DNA from: Desulfatiglandales bacterium
GTDB taxonomy: Bacteria; Desulfobacterota; DSM-4660; Desulfatiglandales; Desulfatiglandaceae
Assembly: GCA_963666345.1 (NCBI GenBank)
Contig: OY762721.1
Coordinates: 4,032,001 to 4,096,000, forward strand
Direction: 5' to 3'
Length of the DNA stretch: 64,000 nucleotides
The position numbers were made by a program, and so were the translations under genes. How positions within the stretch are numbered: position 1 is the first letter of the stretch; every line of letters starts with the position of its first letter. Shown piece by piece: positions 42,759 through 53,632 of this stretch. Under the pieces are notes generated by a model. It had not been told where the DNA came from, did no database searches, and saw only the letters and a list, made by a program, of their open reading frames with translations.

Positions 42759-43170
42759 CTTTTTCCCCCTTTTGGACCTACGAGTTGGAGATTAAGTCTT
42801 TCCCCAGAGACAAAATAATAAAGCAGCGGTTCAGAATCCGTACTGCAAGAAAGAGCTGAAACACCCCCCCCTTATGCCGTCAAAGGCAATCGAGGTTTTA
42901 AGGCAATATCGCAGATATTTAAATGATTAAAATTTGCTATGTCAACAAAAAATGTGAATTTAATTTGGATTATCATAATATATGTTTAAAATATTGCTTG
43001 ACGAGAAAAAAGACAACATGTAGATAATGAATGCGCTATTAAGAAAGTGTCAATTTCTTGTCCCATAAAATCATGGACTTTTTGGTTCCAAAAGAGATAG
43101 CTTTGGGCGCAACGTTAAAAAAGAGAGCCTTTTTGGTTCCTCTTTCGATTTTTGATTTTGGAGGTAAATT

Positions 43171-44688
43171 ATGAAAATAGTATTAATTCTTTCTGATTCT
43201 TTCAGATATGACCACATCGGATCGCTGGGGCTTCAACAGATTGATACCCCTGAAGTGGATGAACTTATAAGGGATTCCGTATTTTTTAAAAAATGTTACG
43301 CAGGCAGTTTTCCGACGGTGCCGCAGCGATACGACATGCTGACAGGAAAACTCGGGTTTCCTTTCAGGGGTTGGGAAAAGCTCACGGAGAAAGACATAAC
43401 GATTTCGGAAATCCTTCTTGATAACGGTTATGTCACCCAGTTGATTACCGACAGCAATGAAATACTGAGGCATGAACAGAACTACAACAGGGGCTATTTA
43501 GGGCACCACCTGGAGCGAGGGCAGGAGAGGGATATCTATTTTACCAAGATGAACGAAGCGCTTCCCTACACCATACCTGAGGAGAAGGCGCGTCACAGCT
43601 TCTATTTCGGGGACCACACCCAGGCGGATCTTACCAGATGGGTAAACAGCCACTGGCTGTGGGAGGAGGACAGATTCCCGCCAAGGCTCGCCAAGATGGC
43701 CAGCAAATGGATTGAAATGAACTATAAGGCGGAAAATTTGCTTCTTCATCTTGATTTTTTCGATCCTCACGAACCATGGGACCCGCCGGATTATTATGTG
43801 GAAAAATATGACCCCGACTACAAGGGAATCCCGATGACAATGCCCAATTACGGCCTTGCAGATGTGTTCACGGATGAGGAGTTGCACAACATGCATGCCA
43901 GGTACAAGGGCGAAGTCGAGATGGTCTCCAAGTGGATCGGCTTTGTGATCAGAAAAATGAAGGATGTGGGTATCTATGACGAGAGCATGATAATCTTTAC
44001 CAGTGACCACGGTATTCTTCTGGGAGAACATAACAGGACCGGAAAGCTAAATATAACAAAGACCGATACGAGAGGACAGTGGCCTCTTTTTGAAGATGTG
44101 ATCCATGTGCCGCTTGTCATAAAGATGCCGGGTCAGCAGTACAAGGGCAAAGAGATAGATGAGCTGGTTCAGCCGGTGGACTTCGTTCCCACCATTCTGG
44201 ATCTGGCAGGGATTGATACCGAGAAGCCCTTGCCGGGCAAGGCACCTGTCCCTCTAAGAGAGATAGCGGCGGAACTTAAGGGAATAATGCTTGGAAGGGA
44301 ACAGGGGCTCAATCCCCTGGATGGGAAATCCCTGGTTCCACTGATGAAGGGGGAGGGTGAATGGGAAAGGGAATATGTCTTTTCTTCCCAGAGGTTCGGA
44401 TATGTGAATGATAATTTTTCCTTCTCCCTGACTCCTGAAAAAGATTCCACAATGTTCTGGATAACGGTTACGGGAAAGGATCATGTCCTTCTTGTTGGAG
44501 GTCGGGAGGAAGATTCCCCCGAGCTTTATGACATGGAAAAGGATCCGGCACAGGAGAATAATATATTTTTGAACAACAGGGAAAAGGCCCTTGAAATGAA
44601 TGAAGCTCTCTGCAACTATCTTGAATCGCTTTCTGCCGACAAGGATAAAATCAGCGCACTGAGAGAAAAAATGAAATCCTATCTTTAA
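43171..44688 (+). CDS. Sulfatase-fold (alkaline phosphatase superfamily) hydrolase with a TxPxR motif
   Basis: SDSFRYDH, TVPQRYDMLTG, FDPHEPWDPP, FTSDHG, ELYD..DP; no signal peptide. Confidence 0.88.
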   Translation: MKIVLILSDSFRYDHIGSLGLQQIDTPEVDELIRDSVFFKKCYAGSFPTVPQRYDMLTGKLGFPFRGWEKLTEKDITISEILLDNGYVTQLITDSNEILRHEQNYNRGYLGHHLERGQERDIYFTKMNEALPYTIPEEKARHSFYFGDHTQADLTRWVNSHWLWEEDRFPPRLAKMASKWIEMNYKAENLLLHLDFFDPHEPWDPPDYYVEKYDPDYKGIPMTMPNYGLADVFTDEELHNMHARYKGEVEMVSKWIGFVIRKMKDVGIYDESMIIFTSDHGILLGEHNRTGKLNITKTDTRGQWPLFEDVIHVPLVIKMPGQQYKGKEIDELVQPVDFVPTILDLAGIDTEKPLPGKAPVPLREIAAELKGIMLGREQGLNPLDGKSLVPLMKGEGEWEREYVFSSQRFGYVNDNFSFSLTPEKDSTMFWITVTGKDHVLLVGGREEDSPELYDMEKDPAQENNIFLNNREKALEMNEALCNYLESLSADKDKISALREKMKSYL

Positions 44689-44854
44689 ACCACGTATTCC
44701 GCCTCAATCGGCCGAGACCTGAAAAGGCGGGGACATTTCTTGGAATGCAGGCGGAAAATTATAGGCGCTTTTTGCTGTTACCTATACCGGATAAAGGGGG
44801 ATCGCCCGTGCGATTCTATTTGGAAACATACAAACCTGTAAGGAGGAAATCAGA

Positions 44855-45874
44855 ATGAGATTTGGAAGATTACTCGTTGTGGCATTGGCATTTGTGCTTG
44901 TCGTTTCAGGCCTTGCAATGGCCGGTTCGACGCTTGATGCAGTCAAAGAAAAAGGTTTTGTTCAGGTAGGGGTAAGCGAGGGGCTCGCAGGTTTCGCAAT
45001 GCCCGATGAGAAAGGCGTGTGGCGCGGACTTGATGTGGAAACCGGCAGGGCTATCGCCTGTGCGGTTTTCGGCTCTCCTGACAAGATAAAGTTCGTACCG
45101 CTTACCTCCACTGCGCGTTTTACCGCTCTTCAGGCGGGCGAGGTTGATGTCCTGTGCAGAAATGTGACAACGACTCTCAGCAGGGATACTGCCGTGGGCA
45201 TGGATTTTGCGCATGTAAATTTTTATGACGGCCAGGGTTTCATGGTACCTAAAAAACTCGGTCTCAAAAGCGCAAAGGAACTTGACGGGGCATCTATCTG
45301 TGTACTGCCCGGATCTACGACAGAGCTTAACCTGGCCGATTATTTCAGACAGAACGGCATCAAGTACAATCCTGTGGTAATCCGAAACCAGTCCGCTCTT
45401 CAGGAGGCTTTTTACGGCGGCAGGTGCGACTGCATAACATCTGATTCGTCGCAGCTTGCAGGGATGAGGGTGGTTGCCCCCGATCCAAGTAAATATGAGG
45501 TCCTTCCCGAGATTATCTCAAAGGAACCCCTGGCCCCCTGTGTTCGACACGGAGACAATCAGTGGAAAGACGTTGTAAACTGGTCGGTGCAGGCACTCAT
45601 ACAGGCCGAGGAATTGGGGATTACCTCCAAAAACGTGGATGAAATGCTCAAGAGCAAGGATCCCAGGGTGAAACGTTTTCTCGGCAGCAGCGAAGGTATT
45701 GCAAAGGCACTTGGGCTTGAAAAGAACTGGGCATATAACATAGTAAAGAATGTGGGCAACTACGGCGAGATTTTTGAGAGAAACGTAGGTAAAAATACAC
45801 CTCTGGGTCTGGAAAGAGGATTGAACGACCTTTGGACAAAGGGCGGTTTGATGTATACTCCACCCTTCAGGTAG
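44855..45874 (+). CDS. aapJ: General L-amino acid ABC transporter substrate-binding protein
   Basis: Signal peptide, STLDAVK, RFTALQ.GEVD, ISKEPL, GNYGEIFERN. Confidence 0.9.
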   Translation: MRFGRLLVVALAFVLVVSGLAMAGSTLDAVKEKGFVQVGVSEGLAGFAMPDEKGVWRGLDVETGRAIACAVFGSPDKIKFVPLTSTARFTALQAGEVDVLCRNVTTTLSRDTAVGMDFAHVNFYDGQGFMVPKKLGLKSAKELDGASICVLPGSTTELNLADYFRQNGIKYNPVVIRNQSALQEAFYGGRCDCITSDSSQLAGMRVVAPDPSKYEVLPEIISKEPLAPCVRHGDNQWKDVVNWSVQALIQAEELGITSKNVDEMLKSKDPRVKRFLGSSEGIAKALGLEKNWAYNIVKNVGNYGEIFERNVGKNTPLGLERGLNDLWTKGGLMYTPPFR

Positions 45875-45879
45875 AAACA

Positions 45880-45910
45880 AATGAGGGTGCTCGGTTCCGG
45901 CACCCTCATT
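45880..45910 (+). terminator. Hairpin after the SBP gene (terminator or mRNA stabiliser)
   Basis: AATGAGGGTGC / GCACCCTCATT perfect 11-bp stem. Confidence 0.65.
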
Positions 45911-46022
45911 AAATGATTTGCTAAGAAAATAGTGCTTTATACTATTTTGATCCCCCTTTTATTTTCTTGAATCGAAGTCAAATGTAATAAGACAGATTAA
46001 AGGGTCTCTTTAATGCGAGGTT

Positions 46023-47210
46023 GTGGTGAATTCTTCTCTTACAGCATCCCAATCCACAGATGTGAGCTTCTGGAATGACCCCAGAAAAAGGTCTTTGATA
46101 TATCAGGTCGTAACCCTTGCGCTGGTAGGGCTTGCCGGGTATATAATCTTCAGCAATACCAGGGCCAATCTTGAAAGGCAGTCCATAGCTACGGGGTTTG
46201 CATTTCTTAAGGAGTCGTGTAGCTTTGAGATAGGCGAGTCCCTTATATCCTATTCTGCAGCAAGCAGTTATTTAAGTGCCCTGCTTGTGGGTGTATTAAA
46301 CACCCTGAAGGTTTCTTTCGTAGGTATATTTCTGGCTTTGATCCTGGGCACCGTGGTCGGAATCGCAAGGCTGTCTAGCAACTGGCTTGTTGCAAAAATT
46401 GCAGGCGCATATATCGAAGTAATGCAGAACATACCGGCACTGCTGCAGCTTTTTTTCTGGTATGCCATCTTTTATCAAAACCTTCCCTCGCCCCGCAAGG
46501 CACTCAGCCCCATTGACGGGGTTTACCTGTGCAACAGGGGTGTGTATTTTGCCGTGCCTACGTCTCACCCTGCTTATCTCTATATGGGCATTGCCTTTGG
46601 ATTGGCTCTAATACTTTGCATGCTGCTATACAGGTGGTCGAAGCAGAGGAAGGATAAAACGGGAAAGGATTTTCCTTTGCTGAAGGTCTCTTTTGCTGTG
46701 ATTATAGGCCTTCCCTTCCTTGTATGGGTTGCCTTCGGGGCCCCGCATGAAATGGATATGCCAGCACTGAGGGGTTTCAATTTCAAGGGAGGCATCAATA
46801 TAAGTCCTGAATTCACGGCCCTTCTGCTTGGCCTTGTCATGTACACGGGGGCTTTCATAGCGGAGGTTGTCAGGTCAGGCATAGAATCCGTAAGCAAGGG
46901 ACAGAAGGAGGCCGCTAAGTCCCTGGGACTTAAGAAAAGCAAGGTATTGAATCTCGTTGTCCTGCCTCAGGCCCTGAGGGTGATAATCCCGCCTGTAACG
47001 AGCCAGATGCTTAATCTCACGAAAAACAGCTCCCTTGCGGTGGGAATCGGTTACCCCGATTTTTTTTCCATAGCCAATACAACGATAAACCAGACAGGGC
47101 AGGCAATCGAGGGGGTTATCCTCATAATGCTGGTTTATCTGATATTCAGCCTTTCCACCTCGGTATTTATGAACTGGTATAATAAAAAGTCTCAACTCGT
47201 TGAACGGTAA
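46023..47210 (+). CDS. aapQ: Amino acid ABC transporter permease
   Basis: NTLKVS, ARLSSNWL, AEVVRSGI...GQKEAA, NLTKNSSLA. Confidence 0.88.
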   Translation: MVNSSLTASQSTDVSFWNDPRKRSLIYQVVTLALVGLAGYIIFSNTRANLERQSIATGFAFLKESCSFEIGESLISYSAASSYLSALLVGVLNTLKVSFVGIFLALILGTVVGIARLSSNWLVAKIAGAYIEVMQNIPALLQLFFWYAIFYQNLPSPRKALSPIDGVYLCNRGVYFAVPTSHPAYLYMGIAFGLALILCMLLYRWSKQRKDKTGKDFPLLKVSFAVIIGLPFLVWVAFGAPHEMDMPALRGFNFKGGINISPEFTALLLGLVMYTGAFIAEVVRSGIESVSKGQKEAAKSLGLKKSKVLNLVVLPQALRVIIPPVTSQMLNLTKNSSLAVGIGYPDFFSIANTTINQTGQAIEGVILIMLVYLIFSLSTSVFMNWYNKKSQLVER

Positions 47211-47212
47211 TA

Positions 47213-48313
47213 ATGATTATGAATGAAGAGTCGGCAGCCAGGATTTCAGCACAGATAAGGCCACCGGTTACGAGAGTGGGTGTAATCGGCTGGGTCAGGA
47301 AAAATCTTTTTAACAGCTGGTTCAATTCAATACTGTCCCTGATTGCCTTGTATGTCCTATGGAAAACGGTCCCGCCATTTTTCAGGTGGGCGTTTATCGA
47401 CAGCCTATGGTTTTCCACATCCGACGCATGCAAGGCATGTGACGGCGCGTGCTGGTCCGTTGTTACAAAGAATATCCGCTTCATAATGTTCGGGTTTTAT
47501 CCGCATGAACTTCAGTGGAGGCCCCTTTCCGCGATAGTGGTGCTGTTCGGGCTTCTTGCCTTTACCTGGAACAGGAACAACTGGAAGAAGCCGCTTGCTG
47601 TTTCCTGGATAGTGGGCGTTATCGTAATGGCGGTATTAATGAGAGGCGGAGTACTAGGGCTCGAAGTCGTTGAGAGTTCGGAGTGGGGAGGATTTCCCCT
47701 GACTGTCATGCTGTCGATAGTCGCCATGGTGGCCGCCTATCCGCTGGGTGTTCTGCTCGCCCTTGGAAGAAGATCCGATATGTCTTTTATAAGGGCCGTA
47801 TGCGTTGTTTACATAGAGGCGATAAGAGGTGTGCCTCTTATAACGCTCCTTTTTATGTCCGCCATGATGTTCCCCTTGTTCATGCCGGAGGGTTTTACGG
47901 TAAACAAGCTGATACGCGCTCAGGCAGCCCTTATAATGTTTACCTCCGCCTATATTGCCGAGGTTGTAAGGGGCGGACTTCAGGGGATGTCCCGCGGTCA
48001 GTATGAAGCGGCACAATCCCTCGGGCTCAATTATTACCAGATGATGCGTCTTGTTATCCTGCCGCAGGCGCTGAAGATTGTTATCCCTCCGACTGTCAGT
48101 ATCCTCATAGTGGCTTTCAAGGATACGTCGTTGCTGGTAATTATCGCCGTTTATGACATACTCAAGTCAACCGAGGCGGTTCTTTCGATTCCCGAATGGA
48201 TGGGTTTCAGTTCCGAGGCATACCTGTTTCTGGCTATAATATATTTCCTATGCTGTTTTGCAATGTCGGAGTACAGCAGGAAATTGGAACGCGAATTGGG
48301 CGAAGGTCGCTGA
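47213..48313 (+). CDS. aapM: Amino acid ABC transporter permease
   Basis: [28 protein letters not shown]...GQYEAA. Confidence 0.88.
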   Translation: MIMNEESAARISAQIRPPVTRVGVIGWVRKNLFNSWFNSILSLIALYVLWKTVPPFFRWAFIDSLWFSTSDACKACDGACWSVVTKNIRFIMFGFYPHELQWRPLSAIVVLFGLLAFTWNRNNWKKPLAVSWIVGVIVMAVLMRGGVLGLEVVESSEWGGFPLTVMLSIVAMVAAYPLGVLLALGRRSDMSFIRAVCVVYIEAIRGVPLITLLFMSAMMFPLFMPEGFTVNKLIRAQAALIMFTSAYIAEVVRGGLQGMSRGQYEAAQSLGLNYYQMMRLVILPQALKIVIPPTVSILIVAFKDTSLLVIIAVYDILKSTEAVLSIPEWMGFSSEAYLFLAIIYFLCCFAMSEYSRKLERELGEGR

Positions 48314-48365
48314 AAAACAGCCATTGAGCCTTTATTATAACAATCAAAAGCACCGAGAGAAAGTC

Positions 48366-49145
48366 ATGGATCAGAAAATCGATAAAAAGGTGGTTGAACA
48401 GGAAAATCTTCAAGAGGAAATCATAGAGATCAGTGAGGTCCATAAGTGGTATGGTGATTTCCATGTCCTGAAGGATATAACCCTTACTGTTCGAAAGGGT
48501 GAAAGAATTATCATTTGCGGACCGTCCGGTTCGGGAAAATCAACCCTTATCAGATGCATAAACAGGCTGGAAGAGCATCAGAAGGGAACAATAAAGGTAG
48601 ACGGTATCGAGCTTACAAACAATATCAAAAATATTGAAAGGGTTCGCGCCGAGGTAGGAATGGTTTTTCAGCACTTCAATCTTTTCCCTCACCTTACGAT
48701 CCTTGACAATCTCACTCTCGGACCTGTGTGGGTAAGAAAGGTCCCGAGAAAAGAGGCTGAGGAAACCGCCATGTTTTATCTGGAAAAGGTCAAGATCGCA
48801 GATCAGGCAAAGAAGTACCCGGGCCAGCTTTCAGGAGGACAGCAGCAGAGAGTAGCCATAGCAAGGAGCCTGTGCATGAAACCGAAGGTGATGCTGTTTG
48901 ATGAGCCCACATCAGCGCTTGATCCTGAAATGATAAAGGAGGTGCTTGAAGTGATGATCGATCTTGCAGAAGAAGGCATGACCATGCTGGTGGTTTCCCA
49001 TGAAATGGGTTTTGCCAGAAAGGCCGCTCACAGAGTCCTTTTTATGGACTGGGGGCAGATACTTGAGCAGAATACCCCTGAGCAGTTTTTTTCAAATCCC
49101 CGCCACGAAAGGTCTCAGCTTTTTCTGGACCAGATCCTTCATTAG
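48366..49145 (+). CDS. aapP: Amino acid ABC transporter ATP-binding protein
   Basis: [27 protein letters not shown]. Confidence 0.92.
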   Translation: MDQKIDKKVVEQENLQEEIIEISEVHKWYGDFHVLKDITLTVRKGERIIICGPSGSGKSTLIRCINRLEEHQKGTIKVDGIELTNNIKNIERVRAEVGMVFQHFNLFPHLTILDNLTLGPVWVRKVPRKEAEETAMFYLEKVKIADQAKKYPGQLSGGQQQRVAIARSLCMKPKVMLFDEPTSALDPEMIKEVLEVMIDLAEEGMTMLVVSHEMGFARKAAHRVLFMDWGQILEQNTPEQFFSNPRHERSQLFLDQILH

Positions 49146-50053
49146 CGGGCTTGTCGTGGAATTTTTCCGGGGCTGTTTGCAAGGTAAACCCCTGTGGTAA
49201 CAAAGAGGCCGCCTATGATAAGAGAAGGCGTGACCGGTTCCGCCAGGATGAGAAATGCGAGCAGTATCGCGGAGACAGGTACGAAATTGATGAACTGGCT
49301 CGCCTTCATCGCGCCTATCTTTTTTATCCCTTCATAATACCAGACAAACGCAACCACAGTGCCGAAAATGCCCAGATAAAATATGCTTACCCAGGATGCA
49401 AGGGAAAAATGCGTCAGGTCCCTAAGAAGCCCTTCTGAGCAGGCAGGTAAGAAAAGAGCCACACCCCCTATGACGGCTGCATATGACACGGTCAAAAGAG
49501 GTGATAACTCTCTCATCGCACTTTTCCCCAGCAGGGTATATGCAACCCAGCTGGCAACACAACCGATGATGAATCCCTCTCCAAGTCCCAGACCTGTATC
49601 GAAAATTTCAAGTATTCTCCCCCTGGAGATAACAGTAACAGCCCCGGTCAGGGAGAGTATTACCCCTGTTAGTTTTCTGGGTGTAAATTTTTCCTTGAAA
49701 AGAAGGGCTGAAAACAGGGCTATGAAGACGGGATTAATCGCAACAATTAAGGCAGCCCTGCCTGCATCGATAATCTTCAACCCCTTGAAGAAAAACGTAT
49801 TGTAAAGAAAGACCCCTGTCATTCCCAGTAAGAAAACAATGAAGAACTGTTTCGCTGAAAGAAGAGGCAGCCGACCTTCCACTTTCCATGTAATAAGAAG
49901 GAGAAATGCGGCGGCAACTGTAAATCGCAGGAAAGCGGCGGAAAAGGGACCCATGTCCCTTGTTACGATCCTTCCCGCTATGAAGGTGCCTCCCCAGAAA
50001 AGGGCCGTCAAGAACAGTTTGAAGTAGATAAGTATGTCGGATTTGTTTTTCAA
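49142..50053 (-). CDS. EamA/DMT family transporter
   Basis: FWGGTF, duplicated 5-TM EamA repeat. Confidence 0.88.
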   Translation of the reverse strand: MKNKSDILIYFKLFLTALFWGGTFIAGRIVTRDMGPFSAAFLRFTVAAAFLLLITWKVEGRLPLLSAKQFFIVFLLGMTGVFLYNTFFFKGLKIIDAGRAALIVAINPVFIALFSALLFKEKFTPRKLTGVILSLTGAVTVISRGRILEIFDTGLGLGEGFIIGCVASWVAYTLLGKSAMRELSPLLTVSYAAVIGGVALFLPACSEGLLRDLTHFSLASWVSIFYLGIFGTVVAFVWYYEGIKKIGAMKASQFINFVPVSAILLAFLILAEPVTPSLIIGGLFVTTGVYLANSPGKIPRQAR

Positions 50054-50175
50054 TTATTTTAACCGGTGGCCAAAAGGCGGGTTCAGTCCCATAAAAGAGG
50101 GAGGATTTCAGTTGGTTGTTGCGATTTCCAACCGCTGACTTATGAGATCGGTACGAACATGCGGGTAGTATCGAA

Positions 50176-51705
50176 TCAGAGCATGACGCCCATCTGCCAG
50201 GGTACAAATTCATCGTCTCCGTAGCCGTAGATCTCGCTCCTGGTCTTTTTGCCTGAAGCGGTTGCCAGTATCTCTTCAAAGATCTTCCGGCCCATTTCTT
50301 TGAGAGAAGAAACTCCGTCTGCGATGACTCCACAGTTTACGTCCATGTCATCGGACATCTTTTCGTACATTTCGGTGTTGGAGGCCAGTTTGATTACGGG
50401 TGATGGTTTGCATCCCACAGTTGAACCCCTGCCGGTAGTAAAGCATATGATATTAGCCCCTCCGGCCACCATCGCCGTTATCGAGGGAAGATCGTATGCC
50501 GGGGTATCCATAAAAACGAAACCGCTTTCCCTGACCTGTTCCGCGTAATCGTATACCGCGTTAAGGGTCGTGGTTCCGCCCTTGGCAACGGCACCGAGTG
50601 ATTTTTCGGCAATGGTAGTAAGGCCTCCCGCCTTGTTGCCGGGGGTGGGGTTGTTGTCTATCTCATAACCGTTTCTGGATGTATAGTCCTCCCACCACTC
50701 AATTTTTTTAATAAGCCTTGCAGCTGTGTTTTCATCCCCGGTCCGGGCCAGGAGTATCTGCTCCGCACCGTATATTTCGGTGGTTTCGCTCAGGATGGCT
50801 GTGCCGCCCTGGTTTACCAGCATATCCATGGCATACCCCAGGGCGGGATTGGCAGTAATGCCCGAATATGCATCGGAGCCCCCGCACTCCAGACCTGCAA
50901 CCAGACGTGATGCGGGCACGGGCGTGCGTTCCACCTTGTCGGCAAGCGGCAGCATGCCCTTGACTATGCTGATGCCTTTTTCTACAGCCGCTTTGGTCCC
51001 TCCAATTTCCTGGATTCCCAGGGTCCTGAACATGGGGCCATCTGATAGTCCCCATTTGTTGAGAAAACGGTCTATCTGGTTTGTCTCGCATCCCAGCCCT
51101 ACGAGGAGCGCCCCTGCAAAGTTGGGATGGGTTATAAAACCACCCAGGCAGCGCAGAAAGGCCTCCATCGATTCACCTTCCGAAGCCATGGCGCATCCGC
51201 CGCTGTGTACAAGCGGTACGATTCCGTCCACGTTTGGAAAGGCTTTTAGAGCGTCACCCCCAAAGGCTTCAGCGATATATCTTGCCACTGTTGATGAACA
51301 TCCCACCATAGGGAGGATGCCGATGTAATTTCGTGTGGCAATGTCACCATTGCTTCTAACTATTCCCTGAAAGTATCTGCGTTTATCCTCAGGAAGGGCA
51401 GGGGGGGCGGCTGAACTGCCGGTGGCCGGGCTTTTGCTCTTATAATGTACCATCTTGAGATTTTGGCTGTGCACATGTTCGCCTTCCTCAATGGGTCTTG
51501 AGGCGATGCCGATTGTATGTCCATATTTGAGGATAGGCTCTCCTGCGGGAATTTTGCAGACAGACACCTTGTGCCCCGACGGCACAGGGGTCTTTGTAAT
51601 TATCGAATTTTGGGATATCAGACTCCCCTCGGTTAAATCCCTGAGAGCGATTATGACGTTGTCCTTCGGGTCGAGAAGAAGCGTATTTCTTTTATTTTCT
51701 ACCAT
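50176..51705 (-). CDS. UxaA/GarD family dehydratase with fused SAF domain
   Basis: DNV...GHK...KYG SAF domain, TRNY, GLGCE, CGGSD, NPTPGNKAGG, FTTGRG. Confidence 0.9.
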   Translation of the reverse strand: MVENKRNTLLLDPKDNVIIALRDLTEGSLISQNSIITKTPVPSGHKVSVCKIPAGEPILKYGHTIGIASRPIEEGEHVHSQNLKMVHYKSKSPATGSSAAPPALPEDKRRYFQGIVRSNGDIATRNYIGILPMVGCSSTVARYIAEAFGGDALKAFPNVDGIVPLVHSGGCAMASEGESMEAFLRCLGGFITHPNFAGALLVGLGCETNQIDRFLNKWGLSDGPMFRTLGIQEIGGTKAAVEKGISIVKGMLPLADKVERTPVPASRLVAGLECGGSDAYSGITANPALGYAMDMLVNQGGTAILSETTEIYGAEQILLARTGDENTAARLIKKIEWWEDYTSRNGYEIDNNPTPGNKAGGLTTIAEKSLGAVAKGGTTTLNAVYDYAEQVRESGFVFMDTPAYDLPSITAMVAGGANIICFTTGRGSTVGCKPSPVIKLASNTEMYEKMSDDMDVNCGVIADGVSSLKEMGRKIFEEILATASGKKTRSEIYGYGDDEFVPWQMGVML

Positions 51706-51848
51706 TTTTCAGTAATCCCTTTTTGGATGTGGAGACCGGATAGTCGATTCGTATAGTGGCCGTACTTTTTCGATCAGCAAAGATTATGAGGCATAGGGCA
51801 CCAGGTTTTATTAGAATGCGATATCAGTTATGTCTTCCGGATGTCGCC

Positions 51849-52661
51849 TTATATTTGTTGAAGTTCAACCGGATTGGTGAGAGTGCCGATTCCTTCAACC
51901 GTTACCTCAACCGTGTCTCCAGGCATGAGAAAGACAGGAGGTTTTCGCGTGAATCCGACCCCGCTGGGAGTACCTGTAAGGATAACAGTGCCTGGGAGCA
52001 GGGTCATGCCTGTTGAAAGGAAAGAGACCAGTCGGGCGACCGAAAAGATCATGTCCGATGTGTTGGCATCCTGCATCATTTCACCGTTTAGCTTGCAGAA
52101 AAGACGGAGTGCCTGCGGGTCCTTGATCTCATCGGAAGTAACCAGTTCCGGGCCGAGCGGACAGAATGTGTCAAAGCTTTTTCCCCTGACCCACTGGTTG
52201 GCGTTTCGTTTTCCCTGCCAGCGTCTCGCGGATATATCATTTGCAGCCGTATAGCCGAGAACGTAGTCCAATGCCTCAGTTTCGTCTACGTCCTTTGCGG
52301 CTTTACCGATAACAACCGCCAGTTCGACCTCGTAGTCTACTTCCGGGGGACTCATGCACGAAGGATGGAGAACTATAGGATCCCCGGGGTTGGTTGCAGC
52401 GGAAGGGTTTTTCATGAAAAGCACGGGATATTTAGGGGGTTCCATTCCTGTCTCTTCGGCATGTCGGTGATAATTTAGACCAATTCCGATAATTGCAGTG
52501 GGTACGACAGGTGAAAGCAGCTTGTTGCACTTTGCTGCTTTACCTGTTTCCCTGAAACCTGAAAAAAGATCTCCCTTCAGGATGAAAGCCTCATCGGCCC
52601 TGTATTTAGTCCCGTATTGCTCCTGGCCATTTTCAGATATAAATCTTATTATTTTCATCAA
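51849..52661 (-). CDS. Fumarylacetoacetate hydrolase family protein
   Basis: IGLNY..H, DYEVEL, NDISAR, GKSFDTFCP, TGTPSGVG. Confidence 0.93.
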   Translation of the reverse strand: MMKIIRFISENGQEQYGTKYRADEAFILKGDLFSGFRETGKAAKCNKLLSPVVPTAIIGIGLNYHRHAEETGMEPPKYPVLFMKNPSAATNPGDPIVLHPSCMSPPEVDYEVELAVVIGKAAKDVDETEALDYVLGYTAANDISARRWQGKRNANQWVRGKSFDTFCPLGPELVTSDEIKDPQALRLFCKLNGEMMQDANTSDMIFSVARLVSFLSTGMTLLPGTVILTGTPSGVGFTRKPPVFLMPGDTVEVTVEGIGTLTNPVELQQI

Positions 52662-52782
52662 TCATCCTTTCGCCTTAAATGTGCGGAATTTTTATCTGTA
52701 ACAATTTGATAAAACGATATTCAGTTTTAATGCCCATGACTTATGAAGTTCATAAGCGACAGGCGATCTTTTATCTACTGGC

Positions 52783-53547
52783 TTATAAAGCCCGGGAGAT
52801 CCTCATCCTCCTTTTTCTCATAACCAGGAATTCAAAACGCTCCGAGACGAAATATTCCTCCGAGTAGAGGATGGGGTTTCTGTTACTGTCCATATCGGTC
52901 TGCTGAAGGCACATCAACAGATCACCCTGCTTTATCCCGAGAGACTCGGCAAGTGTCTTATCAGCCTTTACAGGTTTGAGCCTGAGCATGCTTGTACCCA
53001 GCTCAAATCCGAGTCTTTGTTCAAGCATACCGTAGAGGGATTCTTCCTCCAAGTAGGCTTTTTCCTGGCGCTCGGGTATTAACCCTTTGCGCAGGAAGTC
53101 TTCGGTATAGGCTACGGGGGCGCCGTTAGCCGTTCGGATCCGCTTGATAACAAACAGGGTTTCGCCGGGTTCGGCGCTGAGCCTTTTGGCGATCTTTTTG
53201 TCGGCTGGTATCTCCTCAATCCTTGTATCAAGGGAACCGGGCACCATACCCTTGCCCTTTATCATCTCTGATACGCCCTCGTTAAGATCCAGGGTGCTGT
53301 GAATCGGATAATTGCCTTGTGTTACAAAGGTCCCGATTCCCTGTTTCCTGATTACCACATCTTCTTCCTCAAGCGCCCTCATCGCCTCCCGGAGAGTGCC
53401 TCTGCTTACACCGAGCTTGGTGCAGAGATCACTTTCAGAAGGGAGCATATCGCCTTTCTCGAGTTTTTTATCGGTGATAAAACGGTAAATCTCCTCTTTT
53501 ACCAAAAGGTATAGCAACGGCTGTTTGACCCTCTTTATCATTTCCAT
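52783..53547 (-). CDS. GntR family regulator, HutC/UTRA subfamily
   Basis: LPSE..L...LGVSRGTLREA...QGIGTFV plus a C-terminal UTRA-like domain. Confidence 0.92.
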   Translation of the reverse strand: MEMIKRVKQPLLYLLVKEEIYRFITDKKLEKGDMLPSESDLCTKLGVSRGTLREAMRALEEEDVVIRKQGIGTFVTQGNYPIHSTLDLNEGVSEMIKGKGMVPGSLDTRIEEIPADKKIAKRLSAEPGETLFVIKRIRTANGAPVAYTEDFLRKGLIPERQEKAYLEEESLYGMLEQRLGFELGTSMLRLKPVKADKTLAESLGIKQGDLLMCLQQTDMDSNRNPILYSEEYFVSERFEFLVMRKRRMRISRAL

Positions 53548-53632
53548 TTTTTCACCATATTAAGAAACCTGATGCAATCGATTAATAAGGTTTTGTCTCT
53601 TTGTTAAACTGGAATAGCAGTTTGTGCGGTTT

